From the NCBI GenBank assembly GCA_050175015.1, contig JBFXJJ010000003.1:128001-192000 (forward strand): 64,000 nucleotides of DNA. Direction: 5' to 3'. A model generated the notes under the pieces. It was given only the letters and a program-made list of their open reading frames with translations. It did not search any database and was not told the DNA's origin. The translations under genes and the position numbers were made by a program. The DNA is from Alphaproteobacteria bacterium. GTDB lineage: Bacteria; Pseudomonadota; Alphaproteobacteria; JBFXJJ01. Positions 49,135 through 57,601 of the stretch are shown piece after piece; position 1 is the first letter of the stretch; each line of letters starts with the position of its first letter.

Positions 49135-50587
49135 TACCTGTCAGCAAAAGACCAATGTTTTCATTAGAGTTTATTAATCCTTTAGTTGCCATTTCGATAA
49201 CAGCGGCAACGCTAGCGGTTCCTGTAGCCGAAACATTAATATTAGTTGCTTTTTTGGTAAGCTTGTTTGCTTTATCTAAAGTTTTTTCATCTGCGATTAA
49301 TGGTAAACCTCCAGATTCAAGCATACCGATTACGACTTCTAAGCCATCATACGTCGTATCGTCTAAGATGCCTTCCGCTATGCTTTCAGGAACATTGTCA
49401 GCCCAAGCTTTAAAGAAATTACTGCGCTGTGCAGCAACATCAAGTAAGACTTTTTGTAAGGCTTGGTTTGATGAAAAGTTAGAAGACAGCTCTTTTGCAA
49501 AACTGTTAAGCTCTTGAGGATATTTTTCTAAAATATCTTTAGGATCTATGTCAGTTTCAACGGCGCTTTTTAAATTTTCAGCTAAAGTCACAGCTCCTTT
49601 TAAAGAAGCTTCTTTCAATATCGCAAAGTAAGATTTGGCAAGCGGATAGCAACTTGCAGTCTGCACAGTATAAAATCTAGGCAGTTTTTTTATTATTCCA
49701 AGTTTTAAAAGATTTTGTATGCCATTGATCATAGATTTAGCTAGGCCGCCGCCTCCAATTTGAACAATAAAGGCATCAATGTCTGTTTGATATTTTTCCA
49801 TATCAAAGAAAAACTCATAGGCTAAAGGTTCTGCTCCCTCAATGCTTGACCAAATATCATAACCATAGCAAGAAAAGGGAACAAAATTAAGCTTGTTCAA
49901 AGCTTCTCTAAAACGGATATTGCAGGGATCTCCTTCACCAACTTGTCCCTCGCGAGATACTTTTACGACTTTGGCATCTAAATTGGTTAAAAGATTTTCA
50001 ATTTTGCTGTCTACATGTTCTGGAACAAAAGTATAAAGAGGATAATCAAAAGCTTTTGCCGCAGCAGAGGCACCTAAAGCTGCATTGCCGCAACTGAAAA
50101 TAGCTAAAGGCTTTTTATGTCCGCCTTTTAACATTCTTAATGTTTCCAAGTAGATAATAGAACCGGCTAAATGACGGGATTTATGTGAACCCATAAGCTG
50201 CAGAGTTTCGTTTTTAGCAAAAATATTGCAATCAGCCTTTATTGATTTAGCAAGCTCGTCAGCTTTGAATAATGGCGTTCTAACAAATCCTTTGCTTGTA
50301 TTTTTTTCACACATTTTGCTGGCAGTTTTTACCATTTTCTGCCATTCATCAGATTTATTATGAACATTAGCCAAGTGCCAGCTTCCAAGTAGTTCTTTAA
50401 AAGCATTAAAGGACAATTCGCCGCTGTTATAACGATTTCTAATTTCTTCAATTAAATTTTGAGGAAAATCACCATCTTCAAATTTCAAAACAAAAGGATG
50501 AGACGCTGCCTCGGTACTTTCGGGGCAGCGCAATAATCCTTCTTCCAAATTATATGATTTTCTACAAATTGGACAGTAAAGTTTCAT
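49046..50587 (-). CDS. fold-type II PLP enzyme, threonine-synthase-like
   Basis: N-terminal CxxC, TPLF, KNET...GSHKSR, SCGNAA, QIGGGGL. Confidence 0.8.
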   Translation of the reverse strand: MKLYCPICRKSYNLEEGLLRCPESTEAASHPFVLKFEDGDFPQNLIEEIRNRYNSGELSFNAFKELLGSWHLANVHNKSDEWQKMVKTASKMCEKNTSKGFVRTPLFKADELAKSIKADCNIFAKNETLQLMGSHKSRHLAGSIIYLETLRMLKGGHKKPLAIFSCGNAALGASAAAKAFDYPLYTFVPEHVDSKIENLLTNLDAKVVKVSREGQVGEGDPCNIRFREALNKLNFVPFSCYGYDIWSSIEGAEPLAYEFFFDMEKYQTDIDAFIVQIGGGGLAKSMINGIQNLLKLGIIKKLPRFYTVQTASCYPLAKSYFAILKEASLKGAVTLAENLKSAVETDIDPKDILEKYPQELNSFAKELSSNFSSNQALQKVLLDVAAQRSNFFKAWADNVPESIAEGILDDTTYDGLEVVIGMLESGGLPLIADEKTLDKANKLTKKATNINVSATGTASVAAVIEMATKGLINSNENIGLLLTGIGSRETSRKTKEHNVITLGRSENINKILD

Positions 50588-50588
50588 C

Positions 50589-52055
50589 TTATAAAGCTTT
50601 CAATAGGCCAGTCATATCATTGAATTCACGAATTAAATCGTCCCATTCACTTACTTGAGCGAATATTGAATCCCATGTTTCTGGTTTCCAAAGTTCATTC
50701 AAATCTTTGCTTTCTTTTCCTTGCTGTTCAACCCAAGTAAAGTATTTCAAGTTATGGATAGCTTTTCTATCATAATATGAAAGTTCTTTTAAGTTGGATT
50801 TGTCAGCAGCATAGAGGCAAGATTCTAAATCACAATTTCCTCTGATTTCACCATATTCACCATGTTTCTCACGTTCTTCAATGACACGAGAAGTATACAT
50901 TTCGGCAGAATCTGTAAACATTGTGTAGATTACATCGTTTTCATCCATTTCATAATATTTTGCCATTTTGACAGCAGAAACAAGGTTAGAAATAGATGAA
51001 ATACCCATAAGGTTAAGATTTTTGATAACTTCGTCAGAAACACCTCTAGACTTAAGAACTTTGTGTCCAGATGGTTCGTTGAAGAGACGGAGAAGTCTCA
51101 TGCAATCTTCATCGTCAATAGCAACAACCATATCAGTATTACGGGAGTTATGAACCCAAGGAACGTGTTTATCACCAATACCTTCAATGCGATGTCCACC
51201 AAAACCGTTAAGTAACAAAGTTGGGCACTGTAAAGCTTCAGATGCTGCGATTTTGAGGCTTGGAGATACTTTCTTTAAATAATCGCCAGCACCAATAGTT
51301 CCAGCACTTCCTGTCGCACTTACAAAGCCTGAAAGTCTTTTTTGTTTATTAGACAGAGTTCCAAAATGCTCTTCAATAGCTTTAGCTGTAACGTGATAGT
51401 GCCAAATTGGATTACCAAATTCATCAAATTGATTGAAAATTACGCAGTCTTTACGGTTTTTGCGTATATCCCAGCAAGCGTCATAGATTTCTTTAACGTT
51501 GCTTTCACATCCCGGAGTCGCAATGATTTCGGCACCGATACTTTTTAACCAATCAAAGCGTTCTCTGCTCATTTCTTCAGGAAGAATAGCAACAGAAGTA
51601 CAGCCAAGCAAAGTACCGTCAAAAGCACCGCCACGACAGTAGTTGCCAGTTGATGGCCATACTGCTTTTTGTGTGGTTGGGTCAAATGATCCGCTAACTA
51701 ATCTTGGGGCTAAACAGCCGAAAGCAGCACCAACTTTATGAGCACCAGTTGGAAAATACTTACCAACCATACCAATAATTCTAGCTTTTACGCCGGTGAT
51801 TTCTGAAGGAATTTCGAAAGTGTTAACATCGCCATAGAGTTCCGTTTTAGGATCGTTTCTCCAAGTGATACGGAAAAGGTTAATTGGGTTTACATCCCAA
51901 AATCCAACGCCTTTTAATTTTTTCTTGATTTTCTCAGGAATTTTGTCAGGGTGGCGCATTTCCTCAAATGTTGGGACAATAATATTACGTTCACGACAAC
52001 GCTCAACTGTTTTTGCTAGGACCTTTTTATCAATGTTTTCAATTATTTTTTTCAT
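50589..52055 (-). CDS. fold-type II PLP enzyme, cysteine-synthase/beta-lyase-like
   Basis: FPTGAHKVG, PSTGNY, NQFDEFGN, TGSAGT, HRIEGIG. Confidence 0.85.
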   Translation of the reverse strand: MKKIIENIDKKVLAKTVERCRERNIIVPTFEEMRHPDKIPEKIKKKLKGVGFWDVNPINLFRITWRNDPKTELYGDVNTFEIPSEITGVKARIIGMVGKYFPTGAHKVGAAFGCLAPRLVSGSFDPTTQKAVWPSTGNYCRGGAFDGTLLGCTSVAILPEEMSRERFDWLKSIGAEIIATPGCESNVKEIYDACWDIRKNRKDCVIFNQFDEFGNPIWHYHVTAKAIEEHFGTLSNKQKRLSGFVSATGSAGTIGAGDYLKKVSPSLKIAASEALQCPTLLLNGFGGHRIEGIGDKHVPWVHNSRNTDMVVAIDDEDCMRLLRLFNEPSGHKVLKSRGVSDEVIKNLNLMGISSISNLVSAVKMAKYYEMDENDVIYTMFTDSAEMYTSRVIEEREKHGEYGEIRGNCDLESCLYAADKSNLKELSYYDRKAIHNLKYFTWVEQQGKESKDLNELWKPETWDSIFAQVSEWDDLIREFNDMTGLLKAL

Positions 52056-52159
52056 AAATTATTAGCTCCAGAAATAAAAATTAAATACTGCGAATGCAGT
52101 GTATTAAGAAAATTAGAACTTAAATATAATAAGATGAGATAAAATAAAGACAAGCTTAT

Positions 52160-52173
52160 TTTACACGTGTCAA
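52160..52173 (-). promoter_or_regulatory. near-palindromic operator candidate (FNR/CRP-like)
   Basis: TTGACACGTGTAAA on the minus strand, ~105 nt upstream of the first gene of the purine cluster. Confidence 0.35.
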
Positions 52174-52205
52174 TAAAACTATTTTTTATAAAAAAATTTA
52201 TAATA

Positions 52206-52574
52206 TTAACGAGGATAACCGACTCTTACGTCTGTGCTATTAATACTTGGTTCAAGGTAGCAGTCTGGCTCGGCAAGAGTTCGATAACAGTATACTTGAG
52301 GTCTTTTACCTGCAGGTTGAGGTTTTTGGCGGCATACTTCGCCATTGTCTATTTGTGCCCGAGGCGTTGAGCAGTCAAGCCCAGTCATCTTTGAAGCGAT
52401 ATGATCGCCAATTGTTTTTTGAGTTCCCATAACAGAAGCAGCTTCAACTCCGACAAGGGTTGCTGCAGGAGAGAGTCCCAAAGGCATTACACTCGATTCT
52501 GTAGTCAAAAAACAGCCTGATAATAACAAAAACATTGGAATCATAAGGCTTTTTATTAGGCTTTTTAGAAACAT
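52206..52574 (-). CDS. putative lipoprotein
   Basis: Lipobox LLSGC; DHIAS..TGLDCS and YCYRTLA..DCY motifs. Confidence 0.75.
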   Translation of the reverse strand: MFLKSLIKSLMIPMFLLLSGCFLTTESSVMPLGLSPAATLVGVEAASVMGTQKTIGDHIASKMTGLDCSTPRAQIDNGEVCRQKPQPAGKRPQVYCYRTLAEPDCYLEPSINSTDVRVGYPR

Positions 52575-52757
52575 AGTTTTTGTCCTTGAATTAATGTATA
52601 TGTTTAATTTTACCAACTTAAAATTAACAAAAACCTAATTTAAAAGTTAAAAATTAAAAAATCTTTATAATAAGTTCATCTTCTAGTTTGCGTTCTTTGA
52701 CTAACAATACTATTCTTTGGTAAAAATAATTTGTGTTTGTTTTTAGGAGATAGTTTT

Positions 52758-53510
52758 GTGATAAAGAAACGTAATGAAACAGAAAGCAAAAATCATACCA
52801 ATAATGCCAGCGCTGAAATAGATGCTGTTCAAAGAGCATTCTTTCGTGAAGTCGATGAAGATCTTCAGAGAGAGCAGCTTAAAAAATTCTGGGAAAAATA
52901 TGGAACTTTAGTTGTCGTTGTTGTTATTGCAGGGTTAACTTTTGCCGCTTGTTTTGAGGGTTGGAAAGCTTGGCGCCAAGAAATAAGACAAAGAGATTCT
53001 CTTGCCTATGAGCGGGCTCAGGATTTTGTTGATGCAAAAGATACCGATAATGCGGTAAGAGCATTGGGAGATGTGGCTGCTAATGCCAGCACAGGTTATG
53101 CTGTTATTGCTGCTCTGGATAAAGCTTCTTTATTAATTGGCAGCGGCAAAAGAGAAGAAGGTATCGCTGAACTTGAGGCTATTTATAACAATAGAAGCAA
53201 TGACAAGGCTTTTAGAGACCTAGCAGCAGTCAAGATAGCAGGATATATTCTTGATGATGGTGATAAAGACAAAATATTGTCATTGATTGATCCGTTGGTT
53301 GAAAATAATTCATCTTGGCGTGCGGTTGCTTTAGAACTTAAAGCGTTGCTTCTTTTAAGAGAAGGCAATAAAGTTGATGCTGTAAACTATTTTAAAAGTT
53401 TAATGAATGACACTGGTGCAACTCAGCAGATAAGAGCTAGAGCAGTTGAAATGGTATCAGTTTTAGAAGATAAAAATATTCAAGAAAAAACTGGTTCTGA
53501 TGCCAACTAA
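52758..53510 (+). CDS. YfgM/TPR_21 family membrane protein
   Basis: FFREVDEDLQRE..W..YG, one TM; upstream of bamB-der; GTG start after AGGAGA. Confidence 0.88.
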   Translation: MIKKRNETESKNHTNNASAEIDAVQRAFFREVDEDLQREQLKKFWEKYGTLVVVVVIAGLTFAACFEGWKAWRQEIRQRDSLAYERAQDFVDAKDTDNAVRALGDVAANASTGYAVIAALDKASLLIGSGKREEGIAELEAIYNNRSNDKAFRDLAAVKIAGYILDDGDKDKILSLIDPLVENNSSWRAVALELKALLLLREGNKVDAVNYFKSLMNDTGATQQIRARAVEMVSVLEDKNIQEKTGSDAN

Positions 53511-53551
53511 GTGAATTTATATCAAAAAGAATTTTAAGGAAAACCTCCATA

Positions 53552-54880
53552 ATGAATCTCTCAAAAAAGATCCTAGGTTTAATGTTTGTATTACTGCTTG
53601 CTGGTTGTAGTGATACTTGGTTTGGAGAAAAAGACACCGAAAAACTGGAAGGTAAGCGTATTTCTGTTATGCTTTATGGTAAAAAACTTCAAGCTGATGT
53701 CAAACCTGAAGATTTAGATATTGTTTTACCTGCACCTGAAGTTAATAGTGAATGGCCTCAGTCTGGAGGTTATTCTCATAATGCTATGCAGCATTTAGCG
53801 GTTGCTGATAACATCAAAAAGATGTGGAAAGAAGATGTAGGCAAAGGGGCAGATGCTAGAAACAGGCTTTTAAGTAGACCAATTGTTGGAGATAATAAAG
53901 TTTTTGCTATGGACGTTGATGCTAAGGTTTCGGCGTATGATATTAATAGCGGCAAAAGATTTTGGCAGAAAAAAGTTCTTGATCCTAAAAGATGCAAAGG
54001 CATAACTCTTTTAGGCGGAGGTATGGCTTATAATAAAAATCGTGTCTTTGTGACGACAGGTGTTGGTTTGGTTTCGGCACTAAATGCTAATACAGGAGAA
54101 ATCTTATGGGAGAAAAGTGTAGGAGCTCCAGTTAGATCTGCTCCAACATATTATGGCGGCAGAATTTTTGTTGTTAACGTAGATAATAAGCTTGTGGTTT
54201 TAAAGGCAAGTGATGGCAGTGAGCTTTGGAATTATGAAGTTGTTTCTGAGGCGACAACCCTGCTTGGAAGTGCGGCTCCAGCAGTTGATGAAGGGGCTGT
54301 TATTGTTTCTTTTACCTCTGGTGAGGTTTTAGCGTTTAGAGTTGACAGTGGAAACCTTTTGTGGGGTGATAGTGTTAGTTCTGTAAGGAGAACCGAAGCA
54401 ACATCTAATATTTCTGACATTGTAGCTAATCCTATCATAGACAGGGGAACGGTTTATGTTATAGGAAATAACAATATGTTAGCAGCTATTGACTTACGTT
54501 CAGGTGTTAGAATCTGGGAAAAAGAAATAGGAAGTGTTAACCAGCCTTGGGTTGCAGGTGATTATTTGTTTTTGTTGTCGAATAACAATGAATTAATGGC
54601 ATTAGATAAAGAAAATGGCAAGATTCAGTGGATTACGGCTCTTGATGTCTGGGAAAAACCAGAATCGCAAAAGGGCAGAATTTTATGGAAAGGTCCGATA
54701 CTTGTAAGCGACAGGCTTTTGGTTGCTGGAAGTCAGGGCAAAGTACTGGCGGTCTCTCCTTATGATGGTAAAATTTTGGGATTTGAAAAGATTCCATCTG
54801 GAGCAGCGATGGCTCCTGTTGTCGCCGATGGCAAAATATTCTTTTATACTAATGAAGCTGATTTGATAGAGTTTAAATAA
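53552..54880 (+). CDS. bamB: outer-membrane assembly lipoprotein, PQQ-like beta-propeller
   Basis: Lipobox LAGC; repeated AL...G...W blades; yfgM-bamB-der synteny. Confidence 0.88.
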   Translation: MNLSKKILGLMFVLLLAGCSDTWFGEKDTEKLEGKRISVMLYGKKLQADVKPEDLDIVLPAPEVNSEWPQSGGYSHNAMQHLAVADNIKKMWKEDVGKGADARNRLLSRPIVGDNKVFAMDVDAKVSAYDINSGKRFWQKKVLDPKRCKGITLLGGGMAYNKNRVFVTTGVGLVSALNANTGEILWEKSVGAPVRSAPTYYGGRIFVVNVDNKLVVLKASDGSELWNYEVVSEATTLLGSAAPAVDEGAVIVSFTSGEVLAFRVDSGNLLWGDSVSSVRRTEATSNISDIVANPIIDRGTVYVIGNNNMLAAIDLRSGVRIWEKEIGSVNQPWVAGDYLFLLSNNNELMALDKENGKIQWITALDVWEKPESQKGRILWKGPILVSDRLLVAGSQGKVLAVSPYDGKILGFEKIPSGAAMAPVVADGKIFFYTNEADLIEFK

Positions 54881-54881
54881 A

Positions 54882-56231
54882 ATGACTTTGAGAGCTGTAA
54901 TTGTTGGCAGACCTAATGTCGGCAAATCAACCTTTTTTAATAGATTGTCTGGGAAACGAGAAGCTTTGGTGCACGATCTTCCTGGTGTCACTAGAGATTT
55001 AAGAGAAACAAAGGTTTCTATCTTAGGAACAGATGTTTTGATTTGTGATACCGCAGGTTTTGAAGAAGCCGCCACAGGAACACTTGAAAATCAAATGTTT
55101 TTGCAGACAAAAAAAGCTGTAGCTGAAGCTGATATTGTTTTGTTTATGTTTGATGCCAGAATAGGAATAACCCCTCAAGATAAATTGTTTGCTGATATTG
55201 TCAGAGTTGAGGGAAAGCCAATTATTGTTCTTGCTAACAAATCTGAAGCTAAAGATGCTAAAACAGGATATATGGAAGCGTTTAGTTTAGGTTTTGGCGA
55301 TCCTATTTGTATTTCCGCAGAACACGGCTTAGGAATAACCGATTTTTTTAGTTCATTGGTGCCGTTTTTAGATAAAGAAGACGAAAAAAAGGAAGATTCT
55401 GAGGAAAAGGCTGCGCCCGATGAAATATTGCAGCTTGCAATCGTTGGCAGACCTAATGTTGGCAAATCAACTTTGGTAAACGCTCTTCTTAATGATGAGC
55501 GTATGTTAACCAGTGATATTGCTGGAACAACAAGAGATGCAATTCCCGTCGACTGGCAATGGCGTGATCAAAAAATAAGATTGGTCGATACCGCTGGCAT
55601 TAGAAAAAATGCTAAAGTCTATGATCCATTAGAAAAACTGTCGGTTTTTTCTGCGATGAAAGCGGTCGATTTTGCTCAAGTTGTTATTTTGGTGCTTGAT
55701 GCGGATATGGTTTTAGATAAACAGGATTTGCAAATCGCTAGAAAAGTTGTGGAAGAAGGACGTGCGTTGGTTATAGCCGTTAATAAGTGGGATAACGTTA
55801 AAGATAAAAACGAAACGTTGCAAAAGCTTAATGATAAACTACAAACGTCGTTAGCTCAAATATCAGGTGTCCCTGTTGTTATGATTTCCGCTTTAAAAAA
55901 GAGTGGTTTAGGCAAGCTTATGGAAAATGTTTTTAACGTTTATAAGCTTTGGAACAAAAGAGTTTCAACCGCGAAGCTTAATCAATGGTTTAAAGAAATG
56001 ATAGAAAAGCATCCGCCTCCCAGAGGGAAGCACGCTAAACTGATTAAGCTTAAATATATAACTCAGGCGTCGGCTAGGCCTCCTACGTTTGTAATATTTT
56101 CTAGCAATCCAGAAAATCTTCCAGAATCATATAATCGCTATTTAATAAATGGTTTAAGTGAGACCTTTAAACTTAAAGGAATACCTATTAGGATTTTTGT
56201 TAGAAAAAGTGACAATCCTTATAATGAATAG
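54882..56231 (+). CDS. der: ribosome biogenesis GTPase Der
   Basis: Two GRPNVGKS, TRD, DTAG, NK motifs; KH-like C-terminus. Confidence 0.98.
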   Translation: MTLRAVIVGRPNVGKSTFFNRLSGKREALVHDLPGVTRDLRETKVSILGTDVLICDTAGFEEAATGTLENQMFLQTKKAVAEADIVLFMFDARIGITPQDKLFADIVRVEGKPIIVLANKSEAKDAKTGYMEAFSLGFGDPICISAEHGLGITDFFSSLVPFLDKEDEKKEDSEEKAAPDEILQLAIVGRPNVGKSTLVNALLNDERMLTSDIAGTTRDAIPVDWQWRDQKIRLVDTAGIRKNAKVYDPLEKLSVFSAMKAVDFAQVVILVLDADMVLDKQDLQIARKVVEEGRALVIAVNKWDNVKDKNETLQKLNDKLQTSLAQISGVPVVMISALKKSGLGKLMENVFNVYKLWNKRVSTAKLNQWFKEMIEKHPPPRGKHAKLIKLKYITQASARPPTFVIFSSNPENLPESYNRYLINGLSETFKLKGIPIRIFVRKSDNPYNE

Positions 56232-56273
56232 GTGTTTTCTAAAAGCATCATTTTTAAGTAATTTTAAGCTATA

Positions 56274-57434
56274 TCATTTACGGTTTACAATGTTTTCAAC
56301 AATGTAAGCGTTGAGCCAGCGCAAAGTTGCGACATTACAGCCTTTGCCCAAATGAACTGTTTTGTGTTTATAGGTCATTGCTACAAAATAGATGTCTTCA
56401 GCTTCACGGTAGATGACATCAACCGCATTTATAGTGTTTTTATCAAAAGTTACATTTTTAAAATAAAACCAAGGAAATTTGCAGATAAAACATATTTTAT
56501 CTTGATATATGATTAAAGCCTGACGTCTTAAAATCATTAATAAAGGTAATGCAAAAACCATTATAGCTGTTGTTAAAATAAGCAATTCTCGAACAAGAAC
56601 GCTATCATCTGAGATAAAACTAACTCTTGGAGCAAGCAAGATAATGAAACAGCAAAACAACTCTATAACTGAAGCAACAAGAAAAGCTCCAGATTCTCTA
56701 GGAATATTTTTAATAACGAGCAATGTTTTATCTTTTTTTTCTTTAACATAAATATCTTTAGGTTGTTTCTCGTTGGGGTTAAAGCGGTGTGTAATCTTGC
56801 CTTCATTAACAAGTTCAACTAAAGGTTTTTCAAGATCGTTATAGTTTAGGAGTTTGTATCCGTCAGAAATGCGGGTTATTGCTGGCATACTTAAATCTTG
56901 AGCTATTTTTTGCCAGCGATGACGGATATTCCTAGTGTTTTTACCAATATATAAGGGAATCGTTTTTCTTGTATCTTCGTGTAGAAGTTCTATGACGTGA
57001 TGAGTTTTTACAAAGAAGCCATATTTAAAAATGCGAGAACGATAACGTATGCCTAAATAGTTGGCAATTGGTTCAACAAAAGGTGTTTGGTAACTTAAAA
57101 GCCCAAAATATTTTACGCTGACATTTTGATGATCGATAAAAATTTCTTTTTTCTGAAAGAATAACGAGAGATTTGCAATAATAAATATTAAACCAACAAG
57201 GGGAAAAATATAAAAAAAAGAACTAGCTTGGTGTTCTAAGTAAATATCTTCAGTTATGATGCTGCTATTGCCGCTTCCATAATAACTCATAATTGGAACA
57301 ATCAGTAAGATAAGTCCGATAAAAAGCCCTTTAATGCTTTTGCTAAGAGGTACTCGGTCGAAAAATTTTATAGGCTTAAAAGATGTATCAATATCAAGAT
57401 TAATACTTAAGTGATTGGGAGCGTTTTGTTTCAT
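56274..57434 (-). CDS. hypothetical membrane protein
   Basis: 386-aa ORF with two TM pairs, each followed by a soluble segment. Confidence 0.7.
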   Translation of the reverse strand: MKQNAPNHLSINLDIDTSFKPIKFFDRVPLSKSIKGLFIGLILLIVPIMSYYGSGNSSIITEDIYLEHQASSFFYIFPLVGLIFIIANLSLFFQKKEIFIDHQNVSVKYFGLLSYQTPFVEPIANYLGIRYRSRIFKYGFFVKTHHVIELLHEDTRKTIPLYIGKNTRNIRHRWQKIAQDLSMPAITRISDGYKLLNYNDLEKPLVELVNEGKITHRFNPNEKQPKDIYVKEKKDKTLLVIKNIPRESGAFLVASVIELFCCFIILLAPRVSFISDDSVLVRELLILTTAIMVFALPLLMILRRQALIIYQDKICFICKFPWFYFKNVTFDKNTINAVDVIYREAEDIYFVAMTYKHKTVHLGKGCNVATLRWLNAYIVENIVNRK

Positions 57435-57601
57435 TTTTTTAAATAAGTTCTATGTTTTTAAGTTGGACTTTGTTGCATTATATTAATATTATAAATTGTT
57501 AAGAAATATAAAAATTGGATATTTTTTATTGTCTATTTAGTAAACTTAACTTAACTTACAATTAAAATATACTTTAGTTTAATAAAAGAAAAAATATTAA
57601 A

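Noticed and set aside
34742-52055. Selenocysteine (in-frame TGA) recoding in the selenium-linked cluster
   Set aside because: ORFs look full-length under code 11; Se-type Xdh uses labile selenium, not Sec
57551-57565. CtrA-like TTAA-N7-TTAA upstream of the DGC
   Set aside because: Exact match, but in a very AT-rich spacer where it is expected by chance
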